Assembly: GCA_038217285.1 (NCBI GenBank) | Contig: JBBQPO010000104.1 | Coordinates: forward strand, 1 to 18,872 | DNA from: Chthonomonadales bacterium | GTDB taxonomy: Bacteria > Armatimonadota > Chthonomonadetes > Chthonomonadales > Chthonomonadaceae | DNA length: 18,872 bases | Reading direction: 5' to 3' | In this document: in pieces, positions 5,862 to 13,599 of the stretch | Position numbering within the stretch: the first letter of the stretch is position 1 | Layout: each line of letters opens with the position of its first letter | Made by a program: the position numbers and the translations under genes | The notes under the pieces: generated by a model | Databases searched by the model: none | The model's input: only the letters and a program-made list of their open reading frames with translations | Told to the model about the DNA's origin: nothing

Positions 5862-7790
5862 ATGCAACGAGCCGCACTGGAGGCTTTGGCAGAGAGATTT
5901 CCGACGATCGGGCGCGCGCAGGCGGAGATCGCGGCGCTTCGGGCGAGCCTGCTGCTGCCACGCCCGGTCGTGCATGTGCTCAGCGATGTGCATGGCGAGT
6001 ACCGGAAGCTGCGGCATGTCCTGAACAACGTCTCGGGGCGTCTGCGGCCGTTGGTGCAGAGGACCTTCGCGGACCGGTTGACGGAGGCGGAGATCAACGA
6101 CCTGCTGTCCCTGCTCTACTATCCGCAGGAGGCGATGGACTATTTCGGCATCGCAGACTTTGCGCCGGAGCGGCGCGCGACATGGGCGCTGACCACGCTA
6201 CGCCGGCAGTTCGAGATCGTGCGCGCCCTCACCGCCCCCTATCGCCGCCGACAGGTAGAACGAACCTTTCCGCCGGAGCAGGCCGAACTGTTTCAGGAGC
6301 TGCTGGCGGAGCCGATCAGCGGGCGTCCGTCCGGCTTCCTGCCGACCCTGATCGCTTCCCTATCCGAACACGAAACCGCCCGAGAAACCATTCGCGACGC
6401 CTCCCATGTGGTGCGCAATCTGGCGGTCGCGGAGATCATCGTCGCGGGGGATATGGGGGATCGCGGCCCGCGCCTCGATGGGGTGATCGACTATCTGCAG
6501 CGCCAGCCGGATGTCGCGTTCACCTGGGGCAACCACGACGCCTCCTGGATGGGCGCGTGCCTGGGGTCCGAAGCCTGTATCGCTACGGTGCTGCGATTCT
6601 CGATCCGCTACGACCGCATCGACCAACTGGAAGAGGGCTTCGGCATCTCGCTCGCACCGCTGGAGCGGCTGGCGCGGGAGGTCTACGGCGACGATCCGGC
6701 GGAGCATTTCGCCGTGAAAGTCTCAGGAGTACGCGAGCCTCTGCAACTTGCCCGCATGCAGAAAGCGGCGGCGGTGCTGGAGTTCAAATGCGTCGGGCAG
6801 GCGATCCGTCGCCATCCCGAGTGGAAGCTCGACCATCGCGTGCTGCTGAACTTCGTGGATAAGGCCGCCGGAACCGTGACCATCGACGGCGTCGTCTACC
6901 CGCTGCAGGACACGCGCCTACCCACACTCGATCCGACCGACCCCTGCGCGCTCTCCCCGCAGGAGCAGGAGTGTATGACGCAGATGCGCGACGCCTTCGT
7001 GCGCAGCCCGCGCCTCTGGGAGCAGATGACCTTTCTGGTGCGGCAGGGAACGATGGTGCTGCGGCGCGACGACTGCCTGATCTTTCACGCCTGCGTCCCC
7101 ACCGACGCCGCCGGGGCGTTCCTGACGCTGCCCTTCGAGGGCGTCGAGCGCAGTGGGCGCGTCCTCTTCAATGCCATCACCCTCTTCATTCGCCGCGCGT
7201 TTCGGCGTGGCTCCAACCATGTCGGCGCGGAGGGCGACTGGTTCTGGTACCTCTGGGCCGGGCCACTCTCGCCGCTCTTCGGCAAAGACCGCATCACCAC
7301 GTTCGAGTCCTACTTCGTCGCCGACACAAAGACGCATACGGAGACGAAGAACCCCTATTTCGAGCAGATCCACGACGCCGATTTCTGCCGACGCATTCTG
7401 CGCGAGTTTGGTGCAGGCGAAGACGGCATGATCGTCAACGGGCACGTTCCGGTGAAGATGGCCGAGGGCGAGCAGGCCGTCAAGCGCGGCGGCAACGCGG
7501 TCACGATCGATGGCGCGTTTTCGGAAGCCTACGGGGATCGCGGCTACACGCTCCTGCTCACGCCCGAGGGCCTCACCCTCGCCGAACACGCCCACTTCGA
7601 TTCCATCGAGCAGGTGCTCGTCGCCGGGGCCGATATGCTGCCGCATACCCGCGAGATCCGCACCTATCCCCGTCCTCGCCTCGTCGCCGACACCGAAGAC
7701 GGCACGGCTATTCGACAGACCGTCGCCCTCCTCGAAGCCCTCGTCCTCGCCTATCAGGAAGGAGAGATCCGCCAGAACTCACTCCTCTAA
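5862..7790 (+). CDS. fbp: Fructose-1,6-bisphosphatase class III (metallophosphoesterase fold)
   Basis: Motifs HVLSDVHGEY, GDMGDRGP, WGNHD, WYLWAGPLSPLFGKDRITTFE, IVNGHVPVK and IDGAFSEAY; 642 aa. Confidence 0.92.
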   Translation: MQRAALEALAERFPTIGRAQAEIAALRASLLLPRPVVHVLSDVHGEYRKLRHVLNNVSGRLRPLVQRTFADRLTEAEINDLLSLLYYPQEAMDYFGIADFAPERRATWALTTLRRQFEIVRALTAPYRRRQVERTFPPEQAELFQELLAEPISGRPSGFLPTLIASLSEHETARETIRDASHVVRNLAVAEIIVAGDMGDRGPRLDGVIDYLQRQPDVAFTWGNHDASWMGACLGSEACIATVLRFSIRYDRIDQLEEGFGISLAPLERLAREVYGDDPAEHFAVKVSGVREPLQLARMQKAAAVLEFKCVGQAIRRHPEWKLDHRVLLNFVDKAAGTVTIDGVVYPLQDTRLPTLDPTDPCALSPQEQECMTQMRDAFVRSPRLWEQMTFLVRQGTMVLRRDDCLIFHACVPTDAAGAFLTLPFEGVERSGRVLFNAITLFIRRAFRRGSNHVGAEGDWFWYLWAGPLSPLFGKDRITTFESYFVADTKTHTETKNPYFEQIHDADFCRRILREFGAGEDGMIVNGHVPVKMAEGEQAVKRGGNAVTIDGAFSEAYGDRGYTLLLTPEGLTLAEHAHFDSIEQVLVAGADMLPHTREIRTYPRPRLVADTEDGTAIRQTVALLEALVLAYQEGEIRQNSLL

Positions 7791-7825
7791 AGCGCCTTCA
7801 ACGGGCAGAAAGGACTTTACCTTAC

Positions 7826-8041
7826 GTGGATTCGCGGCAGAAGCAGATCGGTATGATCACCACCACGGACGATGACGGTAGCAGTGCGTTCATCCTACTC
7901 CGGCAGTGGGAGGACAGAATTATGGTAGCGGTTTCGCAGGAGCACAATGGCGATGCGGAAGTCCCCTTGACAGTCGCCGAGTGCAAAGCGCTCATCCAGT
8001 TGTTACGCAATGGCATTAATCTTATCGAGCCAGCCGCATGA
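7826..8041 (+). CDS. Small hypothetical protein (71 aa)
   Basis: GTG 7826 follows AAAGGA. It is the protein-like 3' part of ORF-track 6971..8041 (VDSRQKQIGMITTTDDDGSSAFILLRQW...) and fills the gap after fbp. Confidence 0.6.
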   Translation: MDSRQKQIGMITTTDDDGSSAFILLRQWEDRIMVAVSQEHNGDAEVPLTVAECKALIQLLRNGINLIEPAA

Positions 8042-8065
8042 ACGGCAGATCTCCAGGGAGTAGAC

Positions 8066-8266
8066 ATGGAAGACCCGACAAAGACCGAAACTAATCCTCT
8101 CTCGCAGACATTGGGACGTTTCTCATTTTTTCCCAATGATCGCGACGAGATCGACGAATTACAGCAACAGGTGCAGGCATTGAAGAGCCGTATCGAAACG
8201 CTTGAGCGGACGCAAAGCCCAACCTCCTGGTGGAAACGTATCTTTCATTCTAGCCATAACATCTGA
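8066..8266 (+). CDS. Small hypothetical coiled-coil protein (66 aa)
   Basis: GGGAG RBS; heptad segment EIDELQQQVQALKSRIETLE; C-terminal SWWKRIF amphipathic motif. Confidence 0.6.
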   Translation: MEDPTKTETNPLSQTLGRFSFFPNDRDEIDELQQQVQALKSRIETLERTQSPTSWWKRIFHSSHNI

Positions 8267-8388
8267 GAACGGGCATAATTTCGGCAGGCCGACAGAGAAC
8301 AGAACCACTAAAACGGGACACGTTTTGGTCGGGCAGCATTGCTAATTCCCTCGAAGAGCTATCAAGACGTTCAATGGGGCGGTCAAGG

Positions 8389-8442
8389 TCAAGGGGTTAT
8401 CACCCCTCGCTACGCGGCTTTGCCGGACCGTCCTTCGGACGG
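8389..8442 (-). repeat. Left 54-bp structured inverted repeat (REP-like GTAG hairpin plus second hairpin)
   Basis: The minus strand contains GTAG-CGAGGGGTGATAACCCCTTG; the inner hairpin is CCGTCC-TTC-GGACGG. It is 44/54 identical to the reverse complement of 8903-8956. Confidence 0.85.
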
Positions 8443-8461
8443 GCAGAGAAAGGAACCGAAT

Positions 8462-8917
8462 TTGATCCGCCGCAGAAGTTATCTTGCTCTCACCGTTCAT
8501 ATCATCTGGACAACACGGGAGCGCTATCCTCTGATCACGCCGGATATTGAACCTCGCTTGTATGACTATTTTGCCGGGGTCGCCAAACACAAAGGTTGTG
8601 ATATACTGGCGGTCGGCGGGACCGAAAATCATGTCCACCTTTTGCTCACGACCCCGGCTACCATTCGCCTGTGCGACCTGATACGGGAATTCAAAGCAGG
8701 TTCCTCGCGATTGATTCAGGAGACGCTCAAACCCGAGAACTGGTTCGACTGGCAAAATAACTACGCGGCGATCTCTGTCTCACCATCGCACCGCAAGCGC
8801 ATCATCGCCTACATCCATAATCAAAAACAACATCATGCCGATGGCACAACACAGGAAATCCTGGAACGGGACGGCGAAACCTACGATACCGAACTAGATG
8901 CCTCATCCGAAGGATGA
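8462..8917 (+). CDS. tnpA: HUH/Y1 transposase (IS200/IS605 TnpA superfamily, RAYT-like), no tnpB
   Basis: Motifs VHIIWTTRER, NHVHLL (HUH), FDWQNNY and AYIHNQKQHH (catalytic Tyr helix). The start is placed at TTG 8462 after AAAGGA; 151 aa. Confidence 0.92.
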   Translation: MIRRRSYLALTVHIIWTTRERYPLITPDIEPRLYDYFAGVAKHKGCDILAVGGTENHVHLLLTTPATIRLCDLIREFKAGSSRLIQETLKPENWFDWQNNYAAISVSPSHRKRIIAYIHNQKQHHADGTTQEILERDGETYDTELDASSEG

Positions 8918-8956
8918 TCCGCCGCAGGCGCATAGCGAGGGGTGACAACCCCTTGA
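8903..8956 (+). repeat. Right 54-bp structured inverted repeat, overlapping the tnpA stop codon
   Basis: TCATCC-GAA-GGATGA hairpin, then ATAG-CGAGGGGTGACAACCCCTTG hairpin; an inverted copy of 8389-8442. Confidence 0.85.
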
Positions 8957-9015
8957 TTCGAAATGGCAGCGTTCCTAACCCTAACGAGACGGTAATGAGA
9001 GCGGAGGATCCCGGA

Positions 9016-10453
9016 ATGACAGACTATTTTTGTCGCAGAACCATTCGATTCATTTTTGTGCTGATGCTGCTGGTCTTTGGGGGCGCGTTCCTCTTCTTCT
9101 TTCTGATGCCTTCGCAACAGGCCTCCGGCTTCCAGTCCAGCGGAACGCGTACCGTTGTGCTGCTTCCCCTGGGGCTCCTGTTCGGCGGAATGGCGTGCGC
9201 GGGATGCGTCGGCTTGCTGAACACTTTCACCGTTTTTCGGCTGGACGAGAATGGGATCCTCAAGCGTTGGTGGAACGGAAGCACGCAGGAGTTTGCATGG
9301 TGAGATCTGGTGCGCGCGGAGCCGACACAGGATGGAAGTGGGACGCTGACCGATATCCACGGCAACCGTATGTCGGTGCCCTCCGCCGAGTCCGGTTACC
9401 GTAGTAAGGCCGGTCGCAGTCTCCACGAGGCGCTGGGGGAGAAGCTTGCGAATCTACCGGAGGAGGTCAAAGCCCGGATCGAGGAGTCGCGCGAATTTCG
9501 ATTCGGCCAGACAGCGCCCCCGCTCGCCGCCGGGTTTATGGCCCTGCTCTGCGTCGCTCTCGCGATTTCCATGCCTCTCCTGCCCTATTCCGGACCTCCT
9601 GCTCCGCTCGCTTTCAAGATCGGAGTACCGGCGTTTTTGCTGGTTGGCGCCCTGTTTATGGCCTATCTCGGGCTGCAGTTCGCAACCCGCGTCCTCCTGT
9701 TGACCGATACCGGTCTGATTGATCGATCTGTGTTCGGGAGGCGTGAAATTCCGTTCGATCAGGTCGTATCAGTCACGACCAAAGATATGGCGACCAAGTC
9801 GGGCGTCGTCGAGGTGACGACGGTCAAGAGCGCCACAACCACCATAAGCGTCTCGTCTCGCCTGCCGAATTATGACAGGCTGGTAGCGTCTCTCCGGGCC
9901 AAGGTAGGCGCACAGGTCACCGAGAATGCGCCGGAGGCCGTTGTGGCGGAGAAGAAGCAGTCTCTTCTGGTGAACGTCATCGGCCTTGCTGTCATCGGCT
10001 GTTTGTTTGGATTGGGGGTCGGAGGGCTGGCATTGACGTTGCTGCACGACGGTCAGGCCGCATTGCAGCGCCAGGGGGAGTTGGATGCACACAGCAAACA
10101 AACGACCGGGGAGGCGACCGGCGTGGGGACAAACGGCAGCAAAAGCAAGTCCTATCTACCTGAACTATAACTTCCAGGTGGAGGGAAAGTCCTACTCTCA
10201 TACCAGTTCTGTCTCACGCGAGGTCTATGACGAGCAGTTGATCGGCGGGCAGGTGCAGATCGACTATCTTCCCAACGATCCGGAGGTGAGCCGAGTGACA
10301 TTCTCCATTGCCAAAGAGAGCGCGGCAGATAAAATACGCGCGGCTCACATTATGATCGGGGTCGCGTGTGGGCTGCCGTTCCTGCTGGGCGGTCTCGGCT
10401 TTATGCAGCGGCCCCGCTACCACCCGACTCCTGGCCGCACATCACCACGATAA
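9016..10453 (+). pseudogene. Disrupted multi-pass membrane protein (two bacterial PH-like modules plus a DUF3592-like C-terminus)
   Basis: ATG 9016 follows GGAGG. An in-frame TGA at 9301-9303 joins ORFs 8914..9303 and 9310..10170. One extra base near 10156 shifts the frame into 10085..10453 (KSY-YLNYNFQVEGKSY...GGQVQIDYLPNDPEVSR). Confidence 0.75.
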
Positions 10454-10587
10454 CTCTGCACGCGCTGTCTGCGTCCGCTTCTAAAGCGCGAGCGGTTCGT
10501 TTTCTGCAGAACGTTCGATTTTCACACTGTCGTGAGCGAGCCTCATTTCTTCCTTACCTATGACTGTTTGTACCGGGAGGTTTCAAG

Positions 10588-11688
10588 ATGAAACGTAATA
10601 GCGCACCGATCATTGTACTGCTCGCAACACTAAGCGTGGCGATCCTGGGCGTCATCGCGCTTTGCGCGGTCTTCCTGATCGTCGTTTTACCGCGTTTGCA
10701 CGGGAAATCGGCGCTGGAAGAGCCTGCAAACCCGAACATGAGCGTCGCGGAATACAATCGGCGCGGCAACCAGATGTATGAGCAGCACCTCTACAAACGC
10801 GCTGCCACTGAATACGGGCACATGATCGAAAAAGCGCCCACGGCTGCAGACGGCTACATGCTGCGCGGTATGGCGGAGTCGAAGATGGGTGACTACAAGA
10901 GGTGCGTTCGCGACAATACCGAGGGGCTCAAATATGCGAGACACACCGAGGTGCGCGAGTCCCTCTTCTTCAATCGTGGCCTGGCCTATCGCAACATGGG
11001 CGATTTTAAGGCCGCCGTGCCGGATCTCAGTCAGGCCATCGCCCTGCTGCCGATCAACAACGGGTCTGCCTACGACGTCCGCGCCTTCTGCTATACGTCG
11101 CTCGGGGACTACGATAAGGCCATCGCCGACTACACCGTTGGCATCGCTCAAGATCCCCATCCGGGCACGGTATTTGAACGCGGGCAGGCTTACCTGAAAA
11201 AAAAGGAGTATCCGAAAGCGCTGGCGGACCTGAATCGCTCGCTTAAGGATCGGCCGAACTTCGTTCAAGGCTATCGACTGCGCGCCGAGACTTATGTCGG
11301 CCTGAAGGAGTACGACCGAGCGGTCACGGATGCGGAAAATGCGCTGCGACTGGACAACTCTGCGGCGAGCCGGGGCGGGCTTGGCTGGTACCAGTATCTC
11401 GCGGGAAAACTGCCGGAGGCGATTGCAAACACACAGATGGCCCTCAAAATGGACCCGAACGTCACCTTTGCCCGTTTCAATCTCGGCCTCTGTTACGCCG
11501 TGCAGGGGAACGCAGATGCCGCGAAAACCACCTACCAGGACGCGCTGCCACATGCCAAATCAGGAGACGTAAACGGTGCAATTCAGGATGTGAAAGAGGC
11601 GCTCAGGAAGCAACCGAACTTTCCTGCCCTGCTACAGGCGGAGACCCTGCTGCGGAACGCGCTCCCTCGTTCGTCGTCCACGCCATAA
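10588..11688 (+). CDS. Membrane-anchored tetratricopeptide repeat protein
   Basis: Long N-terminal hydrophobic helix, then about eight TPR units (e.g. FFNRGLAYRNMGDFKAAVPDLSQAIAL); GGGAGG RBS. Confidence 0.92.
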   Translation: MKRNSAPIIVLLATLSVAILGVIALCAVFLIVVLPRLHGKSALEEPANPNMSVAEYNRRGNQMYEQHLYKRAATEYGHMIEKAPTAADGYMLRGMAESKMGDYKRCVRDNTEGLKYARHTEVRESLFFNRGLAYRNMGDFKAAVPDLSQAIALLPINNGSAYDVRAFCYTSLGDYDKAIADYTVGIAQDPHPGTVFERGQAYLKKKEYPKALADLNRSLKDRPNFVQGYRLRAETYVGLKEYDRAVTDAENALRLDNSAASRGGLGWYQYLAGKLPEAIANTQMALKMDPNVTFARFNLGLCYAVQGNADAAKTTYQDALPHAKSGDVNGAIQDVKEALRKQPNFPALLQAETLLRNALPRSSSTP

Positions 11689-11736
11689 CAGCCCGGATAC
11701 TTCCCACAAATAACAACGTGGCTATCGGCGGCAGGT

Positions 11737-11937
11737 TCAGACGGCGGCAGCGACGGTTCCGACTAACACGCGGGCGCAGGGGAGAAAGCCCGCCTTCTCC
11801 AGCGTCCGGCGTGAGGCGATATTGGCGGGATCGCACCGTGCTGCCGGAATTTTGCCGGCTTCGTAGCAAACGCGCTTCAACTCCTGCACCAGAGAGCTGC
11901 CGACCCCCTGCCGCCGCGCCTCTTCCGCCACCTCCAT
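11737..11937 (-). pseudogene. GNAT acetyltransferase C-terminal fragment (66 aa)
   Basis: Motif A (VAEEARRQGVGSSLV) and motif B (NIASRRTLEKAGF) are present. An in-frame TAA six codons upstream of the Met leaves no room for the N-terminal half. Confidence 0.7.
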
Positions 11938-11964
11938 AGTCCCTTCCCATTCTTACACGACAGA

Positions 11965-13044
11965 CTACCGCATTCGCACAGTGGCCTCGAACTCGGCGTC
12001 CTCGCGAACGTCTTCGAACTCCGCCATCTCGCGGAAATCCGTGGCAAACCAGTCCCCCCGGCAACGCTCGGCGCCCTGGCGTAGCAGCCTAAGAACCGGT
12101 TCCCGCTCCTTCGTTGTCGCCCACAAGGCCGCTGGAAGCGCCATATACGCAAATTCCGAAACAGGGCTCAGTTCGATACAGCGCCGATGCAGGGGAATGG
12201 AGAGATCGTACTGGTCGGCCATAAACATCGTTGCCGCCACATTGTCATATTGGACCGCCAATCGCGTGGTCTCTTCCGGTGTGAGCGGGGCGGCGCCCCG
12301 GCTTTCGAGCAGGGATATGGCGCGTATGCCGGCCCGACGGAGAGCATCCGTCTCTTGTTTCCGGCGATAGATACCCGCTTCCATATCCTGGGCCTGCACC
12401 TCTATCTCCCAGGAGCTCTCCCAATTCGGATCCTCCTGTGCCAGGGCCTGTACTTCCGGAAGGATGGTAAGCGCCTCGTCGTCGCGTCCGCAGGCGACCA
12501 GTACGCGGCAGACGTTCCGCAAACAGTAGAAACGTTCCAGACGGTTTGCAGGCGTCGGTTCGACCTTGGCCACAATAGCGTTGAAGTGCTCAAACCAGGC
12601 CTCTACTTTGCCGACACTACGCCAGCCGTCCGACCAGGTACAGTCGGAAACGGTGTGCAGCAACGCGATGGAAGAGAGAGTGCCCTGTTCCCACTGCGCT
12701 TGCGCCCAGTCGAGATAGGGTTCGTTCGCGGCCACGGCTTCCTCCCAGCGTTCGTCCTCATAAAGTTTGTCGACCAATTCCCACCACGCCCATGCCTTTT
12801 CTTCGACCGAGAGGGTCTGGGTGAGATAGCGCGAAGTCAGGTCAATGACCCCCTGCCGGTCGGCCAGGAAGTGGCAGATGTCTGCTCCCTGGTGTACGGT
12901 GAGGGCATCCAGTTCCTGCGGATCTTGCAGCCGAATACGCAGCATTTCTTGCCCTGCCTCCAGGGCTTGCCGGTCGGCCGCACCTATTCCCGCATTGCGT
13001 TTACGCTGATAGGTTTCTAAGATCGTCGTGAGCGAGTTCTCCAT
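11965..13044 (-). CDS. Hypothetical all-helical TPR-like protein
   Basis: 359-aa ORF with GGAG upstream and degenerate TPR-like helices. The C-terminus AEFEDVREDAEFEATV resembles TPR end-of-group caps. Confidence 0.75.
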   Translation of the reverse strand: MENSLTTILETYQRKRNAGIGAADRQALEAGQEMLRIRLQDPQELDALTVHQGADICHFLADRQGVIDLTSRYLTQTLSVEEKAWAWWELVDKLYEDERWEEAVAANEPYLDWAQAQWEQGTLSSIALLHTVSDCTWSDGWRSVGKVEAWFEHFNAIVAKVEPTPANRLERFYCLRNVCRVLVACGRDDEALTILPEVQALAQEDPNWESSWEIEVQAQDMEAGIYRRKQETDALRRAGIRAISLLESRGAAPLTPEETTRLAVQYDNVAATMFMADQYDLSIPLHRRCIELSPVSEFAYMALPAALWATTKEREPVLRLLRQGAERCRGDWFATDFREMAEFEDVREDAEFEATVRMR

Positions 13045-13236
13045 GATATGCCAACTCCGGAGCGGCGCTAAAAGTGGTTCTCAAGAGGGCGCAGGCTACA
13101 GCGCGGCTTACGATATCTGACCCCTCAATCCAGCCGTATAGTTCGGGCATCGAAAAGATTCACCACCCGCTGCACTGGAGGAACCGGGGCCCAGAGCCAT
13201 GCGGAGCGAGGTGAGAGTTGTATCTCGACCAGGAAC

Positions 13237-13545
13237 AACGAATCTGGGGGATACAACGACTTTCTGAGCGGCAGCGCGGTGGATGGTGCTGGCAGCGCCT
13301 ATGTCGCCGGTGGCGCCGCTACCCTCAACTTCCCCGCCACTCCGGGTGCCGTCCAGAGGGTGAACAAGTCGCAAACCACCAACGCTTACGTAGCAAAATG
13401 CAACGCCGCTGGCCCCGGTCTGCTGTTTCAGAACCAGACCACTAATGGGGCCATGCTCTGGTATCTGACCAGCGGCGTCTTCCAAAGCGCGAAAAACCTC
13501 TCGCTCGCCCCACCGTCCATCTGGCAGATCGTGGGACCCCGCTAA
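13237..13545 (+). pseudogene. Remnant of an SBBP/FG-GAP-like surface protein gene
   Basis: GGYNDFLSGSAVDGAGSAYVAG...NFPATPGAVQ...NAYVAK is one SBBP repeat, joined directly to a terminal LLFQNQTT...LWYL...WQIVGPR* blade. There is no signal peptide or convincing start. Confidence 0.7.
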
Positions 13546-13564
13546 CGCTCGAACAACAGGCCAT

Positions 13565-13599
13565 CGTCCCTGTCGCCTCCACGCGACGGGGACGCTTTT
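13565..13599 (+). terminator. Intrinsic terminator-like hairpin between convergent genes
   Basis: 12-bp stem CGTCCCTGTCGC / GCGACGGGGACG (one G-U), 6-nt loop, followed by CTTTT. Confidence 0.65.

Noticed and set aside
3952-5961. 669-aa minus-strand ORF
   Set aside because: Antisense shadow of zwf, expected with high-GC codon bias.
5687-7825. Long alternative-frame ORFs over fbp (5687..6862 and the 5' part of 6971..8041)
   Set aside because: Arg/Gly/Ala-rich off-frame translations; only 7826-8041 looks like a real gene.
8339-8461. N-terminal extension of tnpA
   Set aside because: It translates the left structured repeat; TTG 8462 with AAAGGA gives the expected Y1 length.
8918-9015. Possible tnpB or omega-RNA downstream of tnpA
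   Set aside because: No RuvC or zinc-finger ORF follows; the next gene is a membrane protein.
9301-9303. In-frame TGA as selenocysteine or an alternative genetic code
   Set aside because: TGA terminates gnd, tnpA, ogt and alkA normally, the context is not a redox motif, and the gene also has a frameshift.
11197-11204. A8 homopolymer in the TPR gene as a phase-variation tract
   Set aside because: Short, encodes Lys-Lys in frame, and there is no evidence of variation.
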